Notes under the pieces: generated by a model
The model's database searches: none
What the model saw: the letters and a program-made list of their open reading frames with translations, nothing else
What the model was told of the DNA's origin: nothing
Position numbers and translations under genes: made by a program
NCBI GenBank assembly: GCA_001642005.1
Contig: LWCA01000192.1
Location: forward strand, 1-41,710
Length of the DNA stretch: 41,710 nucleotides
Reading direction: 5' to 3'
Origin: Intoshia linei
Taxonomy: Eukaryota; Animalia; Orthonectida
Shown here: positions 13,701 through 28,700 of the stretch, piece by piece
Layout: each line of letters starts with the position of its first letter
How positions within the stretch are numbered: position 1 is the stretch's first letter

Positions 13701-16700
13701 GTAATAATTTGAATTGTTTTTATCATCATAAAATGTGAAATAAAATCTCATAAAACTACACTTGTAGAAATGATATTTACATTTTTAATATATATTTCTT
13801 AATATTTGATAAATGTACGTAAACGATATTAGATTTATTGAGTTATCATTTCGGATTACACTAATATTGAATATTTTATACATTTACTAAAAAAATTAAA
13901 TATATTATAAAAAGTTTGGCGACACACTAACGTGTCACGACTCTCGACAAACCGTTTGGAAATCACTGATCTAACGGGAGACAGTTTTATCAGAAATGTC
14001 ATTGACATTTATTTTTTTTGAGTTGTATTAAAATTATTTTATTTACATAAATTTCTTAATGTGATAGTTTTTTGATGTTTTATCATTTTTATTTATCATC
14101 AAAACTGGGAAATAACTACGTTATAGGTAAAAATACATATGGATGCATGTAAACGTGATAAAGTGGCATAGCAACTTAAAAATATGAACCCGTTTATTTA
14201 AAAAACTAAGTTCTTGGACATAATTATAATAGTTTATTAATTAGTATCATAACTATTCATTATGTTAAATTTACTCAATTTTTAACAGACAGTAATATTT
14301 TTTTATATTTATTATATTGTTATGTGTAGTATATATATGATATATATATAATGTTACAAAATAAATATAAAAATATATATATTAATGAGTATTTTTATTA
14401 TTTAACATAATTGACACATTTTAATTATAATTAGTTTGTAAATCATTTAATTAAATAGATATTTAAGATATAAAAAAATATTGTTTGTTATATAGTACGG
14501 TGTCACCTCTTTTTTAAATTTTGAGGTTGTGATGGGAAATTAGAACTAATTGTGTGTATTTTTAAAATATAAAATCTATTCCGCCATCAAAAACCTTAAC
14601 ACTACCTATTCGAGTTGCGTTTGTAAAAATGTTAAATAAAAATTAAACTGAACTTTATTTGTAGAAATAATTATATAATGACATATCCATGGTTATTGGT
14701 TGTTATGTGTAAGTCATCATATTTAATGATATCAATGATATAAATTTTTTTTAATATTTATTTGAAAGATTTTTTAAATATATTTCTATAAATCATTTAT
14801 TTTGGGTTTTAGAGATGGTTAAAATCCTCTAAAAATCTAATAAATACATACAGTAAAGTGTCCTTATATGCACACTATGTATAAGACTTATAGACAATAT
14901 AATAAGTACACACATCACACATGAAATTTAAATACAATGAAGTCTGCTTATAAGTTAAAGTGGCCAAAAAAATACGTACTACAGTCAAAATCTAACTTAA
15001 AGAAAATGGCAAAACGTTAAAATCGCATTTAACGAATATGTTAATATAGATATATTAGAAATGTGCTGCTACTGCTGCTGTCTACTTTCCCCTCGAATAT
15101 ATAGCGTTAAATATTGTTATTGTGAAGTATTCTTAATTTTAAATAAATTGACAGATTGATAACTAATTTTCCTTGATTCTTAGATAAGTGTGACACCCTA
15201 ATATACGGTGTATGTTATTAATAGTAAAAACATTGAAATAGTCCGTAATATAATTATTTATATGTATTTCTAATATATTATTTTTAAATTAACATGTAAA
15301 CAAATTAAATTACAATATGGAGATTAATTATTAATTTTTTAGTTAGTAGATCATTAATTTTTATAATTTTATGACATTGCATTCAATGTATGAATAGTAT
15401 TCATACAGATATATTGAATATATCATGTCACTGAATTGAGAGAGTTTAATTTCTTATAACTTAAGTATTCATTATATAGTTTGTAATTAGTATTGTTATA
15501 TATTGTATGATATGTATTATAATCTATTTTCAATCTTCGTTGGCTTAATTTACTGGATACAGTTACCTGTGACAAGGCGTTTATAATGTTGTACAGTAGA
15601 ATCTCCTTAATCTAAAGTGCAATTTTGATTCAAAACAAGGAATTCTTTAACTACAATGATTATTTACAATTTTTAATTTGACGTTTTTATGACTCTAATA
15701 AAAATAAATAAATATAAATGTATTCCAAATAACGTTTAACAGCAGCTAAATCATTATATATGGAATATCGAACATCGATACAATTTAATTCTCTATATAT
15801 AAGATTAACTAAATAAATCATAAGTAATATTCATTCTATGTAACACTAAATTTTAAATGAAAAAATTTCGGACTAATAAAATTAACAAATAATATAAAAT
15901 GTAAATAAAATAATTCAGATATTTTCAATTTCAATTATAAAATTCATATAAAAATGAACATGTCAATATTTAAAATGAAGAGTATTTCAATGAAATTGAC
16001 TTTAACAAAAATGTACTTTTTTATATAGTAACTATATGGAAAGAAATAATTAGGTTCACAACTAAGAATTATTCAATGAAATTGACTTTATATTAAAGAG
16101 ATTCTACTGTATTACGTAGTGGCTAGAAAAATACGTACTATCACTTTTAGTTTATTTGGAATAAATTTTTATTCTTCATCATGGATATGTAGTTTTGGCT
16201 TTACATTTAATACCAAATAAACTAAAATTGATAGTACGTATTTTTTCTGGTTACTTTATATCACGACTAAATCTTATTTTATTCAACTGATTTTACTATG
16301 GAATAGTTGCATTGTATACTATTTAATACAATTATATTTTAGTCAGTAAATTAGATTATAAGTAAAAATAAATATGTATATTGCTTATTATCAAATTTAT
16401 ATATAACATTTAGTAAGTAATATCTTTAATAATATTTACATATGTTTATTTTATTAAATATTATTGTATATATTATGTGGTCATTTTCACCGAAATATCA
16501 CGATGATATCTCCATATACAAGGAATATAGTAAATAAAATTTAAGATATTTTAAATAGCGAGTAAAAATAAAAATATATTTATACCAAATCTGAATAATT
16601 AATTTATTACCAAAAATAATGAATATATTGACTAAAAATTTATATAATATTATAGTAGGTATGATGAATTTTATTCATATGTTCCACAAGAAAAAAAGCT

Positions 16701-19700
16701 CTGCATTTTTATATATAAGATATTAAATAATTTAATAAACGTTTATATATTATAGCTAGTAATTTTGTATCTAAAATGTGCATTGTAGTTATTATAATTG
16801 TATACTATCTATAAATATCTTTAATTGAGATGCTCCATTTCCAAATTATTTTTACGGAATTTAGGCTAATTTTTACCAAATCGTTAGAATTGATCAAATA
16901 CATATTGTAGATAAATAAATTTTAGACTAAACTGAATTAGTATTGATTCATAGTTATGATTATTGATCATAGTTATGTAACTCATAGTTAACTCGAAAGA
17001 AACTAAAGTGTTAATACTTATTTTATCTTAATTCCCAAGTAAGTGTGAATTTTTGTTTATTATTTTTTATTAATCTATAAAATTCTATTTTTAATTTTTT
17101 TCTTCCAACCATTTTTCAATTGATTAAAAATTTACTATAAAATCCCGTTTTAAAATATTGTTAAAACCTATCATTTACTATTTGAAACATTAATGTATAT
17201 AATTAAAATGTTAAGAATATACTTTTAAAATTAATTTAATGTCATTTTATTTATTGTTAGTGGGTACATTTCATATACAATATAGTTATATTTTTTTTTT
17301 AAAATTATTTATATATAGTGTTTTACGATCTTTCAAGTCATGTTTGCATAGAGTCGAGTCATGTTTGCACTTAATGAAGTCAATACAGGACTTCATAATA
17401 TAGCAATTTTACATGTAAATTATTCCATTTAAAGTTTAATTTAAATTATATATTTTATTATTTCCATCTTAAACAAATATTTTATTTAAATATACAGGGA
17501 ACAAAACTTATTTTACTGTTTATATCATACATCAATTAATATTTGATTTAATTTGCAAATTAAAATAAACAAATTTCTTAATTACCTACCACCGTATTCG
17601 CCATTTTTGAATCCAATCGATGATGTATTCTCAGTATGGAAGAATATTATCAAAAGAGCGTGTGTCCATAAAGAAATGCAACTTAAAGAAAAAATAACCA
17701 ACTCATTTGAAGAAATATCATCCGTGCATTGTGATAGTTTTTATAGGAAAATGCTACCCTATTTGATAAAATGCGAACGACATGAAATTATTAATGATTA
17801 AACATTTCCTTGCTATTTTATTCTTAAATACGTAGTTAAAATCTATATAAAGTGTACTAATAGAAATGTTAATCATACATTAAAAATTTAAACTAATTAT
17901 CGAAAAATGTGCAATTAATAATTTTATCATGAAAATAAATTTTTACGAATATATTGTGAAAGATTAATTTAACTTGTGCTTTTTAAGAACGACTTAAAAG
18001 TTTGTTAAACAAAAAATATCTAATAAATTTTGGTATATAATGGAATCTCTGTATTGACCATATTCATTGAAAAGATGACTTGAAAGATCGTAAAATTCTA
18101 TATTATGGGATTTTAAATTATACAATATAGCCAGTAAATATAAAAAATAAATCAATATTAAACACAATGACGTTATTAATTTACCCAATAATCCATGTAT
18201 TATGCAACTACCCGTATACTAATTTATTTAGAATGTAAATTTTATTATATTTAACGGTCACTAACGGAAACCTCCATTGTTATATAAAAAATGTTAAAGG
18301 GTATTAATCTTATATACTTCCAAATATGTTCATTTATTTTTTGAATAGTTAGTAAATAACACTAATCATCAATCTCGTAAAATATACTAACTATTATTAC
18401 AATTATATATTTCTCGCGTTAAAACTTATAAGTCAAATTTTATTTTCGTAAGGAAACTACGCGATTTAATGAAAATTATTGAATTTTGTAGAATAATACA
18501 TATAATATAATATGTATAATCTAAACATTAATTTATCAGATTGTAAATTTAAATTAATGTACATTGTACAATGTACTCCAATAATACATATTTTACGTTA
18601 TAGTATGAATACAATTTTACAGGTCTAAACTATTCTTAATCCTTTGTTGACGAATGTATGAAATTTAATACAGTGCATCTTTTATAAATTTACGGAGTAC
18701 CAGAACTTTAAAATTCATAATATTAAGTGGATATCATAAAGTTAAATGTTAGCGGAATAATTAAAATTTAATTGTATCCAAAAATCACTTAATAAATACG
18801 CCAATCATTAATAAAGACCTTGATTTTGTAAATATTAACTAAAAATATATAATCTTTATTAACATACAATGAATTGGAAATATTAAATAAAAAAAAATAC
18901 TGTATTGTTAGAAAGATTTAAATTGTATTTTCCATTAAACACAATTTTGAAAATGATGTATTAATGATATTAAAAATTTGGTATTAGGTATTTATCAAAT
19001 TTTATACATTCGTCATCTACAATATAAAATAAACTTTAAATAACGTTGATAAGATTTAATTTACAACAAAATTTTTATTACATTTTATATATTTTTCAAT
19101 AATAATTTATTTTGATAAAAATGACATACCATTAAAAAAATTATATAAAAAATAGTGGAAAAAAGGGAAAGGACCATTAATAGAGTTATCTATCCATAAA
19201 AACAAAGAAAATAAAAACTATGCAATCCTATAGATCATTTCAATTGTTTTTTGACTCATGACATGTTTGAAGAGACAGTGAAACAGTCAATTTATTATAC
19301 TACACAATGTGGTTCAATGTTTGTAGCCACTGTTGCAGAAATATACATTTTTTTGGAATCATTTTAAAAATGGGTGTTATCCCATTGCCGCGCTATAGAA
19401 TGTATTGGTCGGCCGAATTTACCGTTGGCAATATATCTCATTGTATGACCCGGGATCGGTTCGAAGACATAAAAAAATACTTGCATTTTGCAAAAAATGC
19501 ATAGCTAGTGACAGACAAAAATAATCCAAAAATTGACCGCTTATATAAAATATCTAAAATTCTTGAAATGTTCAGAAATGCATGTTTTACTTCACCCCTA
19601 AATTCAAATGATGGCATAATGAATAATTTTTATATATATTCGAGAAATCCACGAAAAGTAGACAAATCTTGTGGAAATAATTCTGGGGACGTAGTGGTAC

Positions 19701-22700
19701 ATTTATTTCAATCGTTGAATAAAATTAATCATATTTTGTGTTTTGATAATTACTTTAATTCATACGTCCTCTAGCAGTTTCTAGTAAAATAAAAAATTGA
19801 TTCTGTTGGTACAATGCGAAAGAATAGAATGCAACGAGCTCCTGTGATGGACGATAAAGTAATTAAAAAAAAATGTAGATGAACTATGGACTATGCTTTC
19901 AACAATAACAAAAAATCCATGTTGTTAAATGGCATGACAACGTTTTTATAAATGTTTTAATATGTAAATTCTACAATTGTGGCTAGAATTTACTCGAAAA
20001 ATTATTATATAGTAACTAGGTTGACTTTTAGTACTACGTACAAACAACACCTAGCTCTGCCGATGCACACTTTTATTTTACCAAAAAAATAAATTCATGT
20101 TGAAAATCTAACTTAAAAATTCTAATATTCACTATTATTAATCCTTTAAGGGAGTGCTTCCAAAACTTATTTCAGATGGAACCGTCATATCACATTGCTT
20201 TTCACTTTAAAGTGAATTACTCTATCTTAATGTTTTTTGTTAAGATTTGTGTTAAGAATTTTAAAAACAATTTGTATCCCATTTTTTTAGAAGTTTATTC
20301 CCAATTTATTAGACAGAATGTGTATATAATATTAAAAATGAATTCCCAAGGAATGAATATATAGATTTTCACCCATATTTATTTATTGGAAATTTTTTTT
20401 GAAATTATAGGAACAATATTTACATTTTAAATTTTTATTTTAATCGAAATATTTAAAAACTATTGGTTGATAATATATTCAAAATTATTTTTCACCGGGA
20501 ATGGGTAGATTTCAGGGGTTAAAATTTTCTATTTATATCAACTGGAATAAGCTATATCAGAATAATTTTTTTTTTAATTTTCGAACCTTTAATTATTTGA
20601 CGTTTTTTGTTTTAATAAAATATTTCGGAAAAAAAATATATGAATACTAAAATGCTTTTTTGACCGTGAAGTCGTCACTTGTCCAATTGAAAATTTTGGG
20701 GTGTGTTAACAAAATATAATTGTACCACTTGTAAATTTTTTTAAATTCTAGAGCTGTTTTTATAAAAAACGGGTAATGTGTGGTTTTGGTTCTGAAGATA
20801 TAATTTTTTTAAATTTAAATTTACAATAATGTTTAAAATTTTAAAATCTGTATCAGTGTATTTATTTTTTTAAATTCTCCAACTCGTTTGATTTTCAAAA
20901 AAAAGGGAATTGGGGTTTTTGTCCCGTAAGATGCGAGTTTGGGAGATCTTATTATATGTCCCAAATAAAAACTGTAATTGAAATAAGGACTTTATAAAAT
21001 TCTAAGACTGGTAGTTATTAAATAAAGTGGAACATACACAAACAAATATTGCGTAGAATATTATATAAGTAAGGATATGAATATATTTTTTCATCTTACG
21101 GTACGGCCTTATCAATTTTAAATTATTGGAATGTGGCCTTATGTATGAAATGGGTTTCTCACCCCTAGGTTAGTGTATTAAATTTTCTTTTTGAAGTTAC
21201 ATTTTTCGGAACTCATTGTTAAACCATAGAGAAAAGGTCATTATGAAAATAAATTTTTATAAAATGTATTGATTAGATCCGAGTAATTTACTTTAATATA
21301 TTATATGATATACTTTATAATATAAATGACATTTTTTGAAAATTAAATTTGTTAGATATAATATAATAATAATAATTACAATTTATAATTTTATAAAATT
21401 TAGTTCATGGTATATATATTAATTCAGTGTTTCCCAATCTTTTTTAAACTACGCCCTTTTATGTTCTTAATGAAACGAATGATTATATTCACTGCATCGA
21501 TTTTTTATTTTTTATTATTACAAATTACTATTATAGTTAAACCTGTCTACTGTGGACCGTAAAATTGAGTTGTTACAACAATTTTCATTGTAGTAAAGTT
21601 AGCAATTTTCATTGTTATGTTGAAAAATTTGTCAAAAACTATATTCATTGTCATATCCAATGGATAATCCATGGATTATCCACTGTAGACAAGTTGAAAA
21701 TTCTATTGTAAAATTTGTATTTACATTGAAATCATGATAGGAAATAATTTTAAAATCAATTTTCCTCTATAACAATTTCTACTTTATTCAAGTTGCACTA
21801 TAATAATGTATCAAAAATTTAAATTTTTTCCATAAAATGTAAAAATTACCTGTTGGGATTCACTACGGTCATTTGTTTACTTTAATATAAATTAAAAAAA
21901 TTGAATATTAGATAGTAATTTTTAATTTCAACAATATCAATATTGTTTAAATTTAGCAATTGAAAATGTAATTTAAATTCTAAAATATTTACTTAGCCAG
22001 TAATATTTAAATTTTTGAACTATAATTTAAATATTGGCAATACAGTCCAATCTATATAGAGATGAAAACAATCTCATAAATTGGGATCGTTATGCTTTAG
22101 ATATTGTCAGGTTAGATTACCGGATTGCTATCATAACTTTACTGACGGTTCTTTAGACTTTTGACTCTTTTGATGACTCAGATACACTAGCTCAAATTCA
22201 TAACCTAAACTGATTTACGTTTGACATATAACGAAACCAACATCTACATGCCATTACCAATCGAAGTTGACTCTTATCAATTGTACCTAATTAATACTAT
22301 CAAACCGTAACGCAATTATTTACCTATTTTTACCTAGAAGTTTTTTCGTAAATTTTTTTCGTATTGATTCAATGGTGATTCAGTTAGCGTTAAAGTGTAA
22401 GCGTGTTTTAAATTACAGGACAGAAGTATATGTTATTACTATAGATATAAAGTTTTACATGGGGAGTGGGCCTCACAATATTATTACTCATCAATTACCT
22501 CAAAATGATGACAGAAATCATATCAACATACCTATTACAGTTAATTCCCTGAAAAATTATTTTAATGGCGAATTTGTAACAATAAATATCGTTAAGGTAG
22601 CGATTCGCAAGAAAATTTAAAAAGTTTCAATTTTAGTTATCCATTATTTTTGGAATATACTTAATAGAATATAATTCTTGTATAAATCAATCACGTCATA

Positions 22701-25700
22701 TTAATTTTTATATATTGATAAGAATGTAGTCGACAATTACCAATATTCAATATCAATGTTTTGATGTAGATGTAGAAGTAGTGAGTTAATATATAACCGT
22801 ATTATAAGAACCGCCTTAGAAAAAACGTCTTAACGATATATACTGTATATTATTGAATTTATTTATATTTGCATTAAATAAATACACAATTTATTTAATT
22901 TTATTTTAGTAAGTAAATGATATTCGATATTTGAATATTTACATTTACATTACAAAGATGCATACAGTGAATGTTTAAATTTTATGGCTAATGGGTGCTT
23001 AGAGAGAATTTGAATTTAGATATTATCATATAAATATTATGTAGTATTATACTTTAATTAATTCAAGTAATGTGATAATGTTTTTGATTTTTGAAGTTGA
23101 CTATAAAAACATCACTTTCACCCCGGTCTAATTTATATAAATATAATAAAAATTTAGTTCGTAAATAAATATTAATAAGTTAAAGATTACAACAATCTAC
23201 TAATGCTTAAATTCTGTTAAATCTGCTATGTTAATATATTTCAATTTATAAATATGTATTTATGATTATTAAAAATTTAATAAAACTTTTATAATATTAA
23301 TTAATTTGTAAAATTACATAATATTGGTATAATTAAGGAGGTATATTATTTTTTAAAATATATTAATATAATATATTATTACGTGCTTACATAGTATATA
23401 ATATATAATATATATAATAAATATAAAATTAGTTAGTAAATAATAAAATATACATATACATAATAGGACTTAATTATAGTATTAATATATATATAAAATA
23501 TTATCGATTAATTTGTAATGTTTAGTGTGTAATAATTTTTGAATTTCAATTTCTATGCAATAAATTAACCATTACATGAAAGTATCACTTTCTACTTTTA
23601 TCTCATTTCTAAAATTTAAAAATGTTAAATTTAATGTTGAAATAAAAATAATGTAACTAGTTGGTAAATTAGAAATAATTATTAATATAAAATATTAAAT
23701 TGAGATTATGATATAATATTTATCAAAATCAGCTGGTAATGTTAAAATATTAATTTTTTATTTTTCATTTTTAAATTAATTTTTTTTTGATTCAAAAAGT
23801 TGGTAACTATAATAAATAATACAATAAATATATTAAGGTAAGGACCGGAGAGTTAACAGTGGACTTAGTTCAAATGAAAATTGTATATACATTAAGACAT
23901 AGATCGGCAATCATTAGTCCACATATTGATTTTGGTCGCTCTTTGAATAAATATGTACATTATTTGTTTTTCAATTTTTAAACACCGTTTTAAAAATTTT
24001 CTACTATAATTGGCTCACTATACTCATTTTTATTCTGAATTTTTAGATTGCCCTGGATATTATTTTGTTGAATATACTGGAACCGTTTCTCTCCGTAGCA
24101 CTAGTTAAAATTGAGATGTATCATGTGTAAATTTTCTAAAACGGGACCAGTCGATTTTTTGATATAAAAAAGTGACCCACCAAACGCAAAATGTTGCCGA
24201 TCCCTGTACTGTGGTGTATTTCGAAAACGTTGTCATTGGTAACATATTTAGATTGAATTTGTAAAAGTTGTATTAAGAACCCAACACCAATAAAATTTAT
24301 ATTAACACGAAGTCTCTCACGCATTTTTTATAATTTCATTCAAAAATATTAGAGAAAAGTTAAAAATGAACTTTATTATATTAAATAGTGAAATATGGTA
24401 GTTACTAAGCGTTAACCTTTTGAAGTAAAATAAGATTCGTCTAACCGTTAGACTCTAATGGTTATAATCTAACCATAAGTAAAATTAAATTATATGGGAA
24501 AAAGGAAACATGTCATGGTGAGGGGTTTTTTGAACTAAATTAAAAATATTTGTATCATTCCGCTGCAAATTAAATGATTATCATCATTCACCAATTCTTT
24601 TTTATAACTCAAAACAACCAAAAGTGGAATTGACCTAAAGTAAATTGTATGAAAAATGTTGTTACAATTAAATATTTGAAGTTTACATTGTAAATAAAGT
24701 TTTAAAACGTTTAAAAAACATTTCACTGTCATTCATAAAATATAAATATAATTTTTAAAGCTGGTAAATGATTTTATTTGTTATTATTGATAAATTTTTA
24801 TTAATGAAATGTTAAATTAACATTTAAATATTAACAAATATTAAAAATTAACATTTCATTATTATTTATATATTGGATAAACATCATATTTAATAGCTTG
24901 TAATATTTTATTTGAATCACAATATATATATGAAATTTTAGCTTCATTGACATGATTATAATGACAGATACCAGAATTTACTAAATTTTCAATTTGATCT
25001 ATTTAACTGAAGTCTAGTCTATACTAGAGTGTTTAACTTTTGTAAAAAGTACTGAGTTATTTATTAAGTATACATTATTATGTACTTAGTTTTATTTTTA
25101 CTGAGTTATTGGATTTTTTAAAAATTCAGTACAGTACTGTACTTGGATGAATAAGCTTATTTTTAAAATTTTTAATTTTGCAAATCATATTGCATCAGTT
25201 GAAAGATTATTTTCTGCGGTGAGATTATTCAAGTCTATTCTTAAATTAGGATTACGACATAATTAATTGAAACTGAATTTTAAAATTGAATAAAAACTTC
25301 ATGTCTACAAAAAGTAATTTATAATTAATTTTTTGTTAATAAATAATTTAATTATCTACTTTTAATGATACTATATATATTATAGTTTCTAATAAAATTT
25401 TAATATTATCTTTTTCTAAATATCAGTTATTTATTTATTATAAATAATATAATTTATTTCTATCTAAAATCAGAAACATTTATTGTATTTAATTTTTTTA
25501 CATCTTGTAAACGAAAACTGAAAATTTAACAAATTTTTAAAGTACTTTTACTAAAATTTGAAAAAAAAAAATTTTACTGAATTTTTATTTTTTAAAACTA
25601 ATTACTTACTTAATTTTTAAAAAAACTAAGTTGAACACACTAATCTATACTTAAAGACTATTTCATTTTGTCTGTGTATTGTTATTATATTTTATATGAA

Positions 25701-28700
25701 TCCAATTCTGATAGTTAGTAATCCAATACAAAAATTTATATAATATACTATATCATATTGTATATGCAATGTTAGGATTGTTAATGTTAGAATATTAAGT
25801 TGCATATAAAAAGGACCGATGATGTGATGATGAATGACGATTAAATATGATGATTGTCGCACAAACGTCCTTAAAAATAAAAACTTGTCTGTTTATTTGC
25901 GATATCACTAAATAATAACGGAAACAAGATTTACCCATAATTACCAATTAATAATTATAATTGAACACTGAATTTATTGAGGCGCTCATTAAATGCACAT
26001 ACAATGTAATACATTTATTGCAAAAATATCATTTAAAACTAAAAATTACGTTTAGACGGTAAATAGACTTATGATATTTAAATATAAATTAAACGGACAA
26101 TAAAATTAAAATTCACATATTTTATATTACTAATATATTAAATTCTTAGATGGTAAGTGTTAACGTTACCATTAATTGTAGTAAATATAAATAAACAGTG
26201 TCATATAAAATTGAATTTAATTTTTAGTGTGTAATTTGAATTATTAAAATTTAATAAACTACCAAATGAAATGTTAAATTGAAACATCCAACCTATTAAT
26301 CTAAATTTATTTAGTTTATAGTAATATTTAAATTAAAAAATTTTATTAGTGATTTATATGTTGTTAATTTAACGTTACTTTTAGACGGTATATTCAATAT
26401 TCCATAGGACAATAAGTTATTGTCAATAACATTTATTTAAATTATTAATCTGAAAATTAAATTTTAGACAGAAAACGTAAGATAGATTAATAATTATTAT
26501 TTTAATGATAAACTAATGTATTTCATTGCAGATAGTAAGAAACATATAAAATTAATCAAATCATCATAACATTAATATAGTTGGTAAATAATATATATTA
26601 GTATACAATTTTATAATAATAGATTATAATATATTTAAATTAAAATTTTTTAGAACGTAATGTATACATATTTCGTTATATATTTACAAAATATTTGATG
26701 ATTTCAACTGTTATTGATTACATTATTATTTTTTATAGTTGGTAATACACATTTATTTAACAATTAATAAAATAATACATTTTTAGCATGTAATACTAGA
26801 TGAAGATGCATGATTTATTCATGAATATAACATTGATTTAAAGCAGGGTGGTCCAAAGACGTGTCGAGTGAGGGCCAAAAAATTTAAAATTTTCGCGGAT
26901 CGTAATTTTGAAATATTTTTAAAATAATAATTTATTAATTCTTTTGCCTTAGTTTGATGTTCTAATTCAAATTTATAAAGCGGTTTTCTCCAATGCATTG
27001 CTCATTTTCATTCCATAAATAATTAATAAAGTTTATTGACATGCTCATTCACTTTTCATTGATAATTGCAGCTATATCGCTGCCTGGCCACATTTTTTGG
27101 ATCACTGTGATTTAAATGATAATTAGATTGAAAATATTTTTTATTATTATAAATGTAAACGTTTTGATATTTTAGACTGTAAATCGAAATTTATTCACAC
27201 TGACTTTGTAAATAAATTAATTTGTATTATAGTTGGTTATTTTAATTTTTAAAATGAACTACATTAAATTTAAATTTTTTTCAAATTTAAAATGGTATTG
27301 TATAGCATGTAATTATAATTAATATAATTATATTTTACTTTTAATGTCATTTAAATTATTTTTTATTATTTTATATTACACGTATTTAAGGTTATTTTAA
27401 TATTTGATATAATAGTTGGTATTTTTAAACAATATTACTATATATTCTTTTTATAATATTTCTAATTTTATTTATCCAGAAATTATGAGTAATCTAATTA
27501 ATAATGTTCATTGCAAATATTATAATTCTATCATTATAAATTCGAGCTAGGAACATAATACCCTCAACAAAAACCGTTTTAATCAAGTGATAATTGTACT
27601 TGAACATATATATTAAATATAAATTAAAAAAATTTTGACAAAAATGAAAACTAAACAGTCTAAACAATTTTAAAATAAATCTTAAAATGTATTATACTAG
27701 TGTGAATATATTTTAATCGATTGACTTTAATAATTTAATACAAATGAAAATTTGATTTCATGAATATTATATGTATTTACTAAATGTTAATACAAATGTA
27801 TATAAGGAAATTATAAAATCAATTAGAAAATAATTTCATTCCTATAAAAATCCCCCAGGTTGAATCTCTGCTTTAAATTAACGTAGAAAATTTATGAATC
27901 ATAATCATTATGATATTGAAAAATATAATATTTTTGTAACAATATTATAATTTATATAGCTAGTAAGAATATTGTCTATTTACTATTTACTAACATTTAA
28001 ATATAGTATTTATAATAATAATTATTATACATGATATTATATTATTATGAATTATAATTCAACTTTAATTTCAAAATTTTAATTTAAATTCATTTTTATA
28101 GGCAGTAATCATTAAAATGACAGTTAAGCCTCCACTATTAGCCAAAATAAAGAATTCAACTAAATTTTTTGGCGAATATTGGATATAAATTAACGTAAAA
28201 TAATATATCAATTAAATTTAGTAAGTAAATTTAAAATATATTATATAATTAATAGTAACTATGAGCGATTAAAATTAAAATTTTAAATCACTTGATTATA
28301 ATCATGATCAAGTTGATATCCTTTTATTTTTCTTATAAAGCAACCTCCAGTTTTTTCACATGTTTCATGATCTTTCGTGGTATCCCACTTGAAAATATTA
28401 TACTAACAGGTTAAAAATTATATATAATGATAATTTTAAATTTAAAGTAAACTGTACCATTTTACTGTAATAAGAATAAAAATATCAAATTATTAATTTT
28501 AGAAAAGAGTAAAATTTATTTACATTTAAAATCATCTAAAATAAATGTATTATCACAATTTAATTTAATCAATTGATAGAAAGTAACAATACATTTTATC
28601 AACAATTGACAAGAGATGATTTGTCATTCAATTAAAATTTTTTTAATAGAATGTAATAAAAACATAAATATAAAATATAATTATAAACAAGATAATTCTT

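Noticed and set aside
18087-18089. aagATCgtaaaa 3-nt candidate
   Set aside because: Lies inside the right TIR of the 17316-18100 element.
21957-21967. 11-nt candidate tagCAATTGAAAATgtaatt
   Set aside because: Not a multiple of 3 and would leave a 29-nt intron; probably chance.
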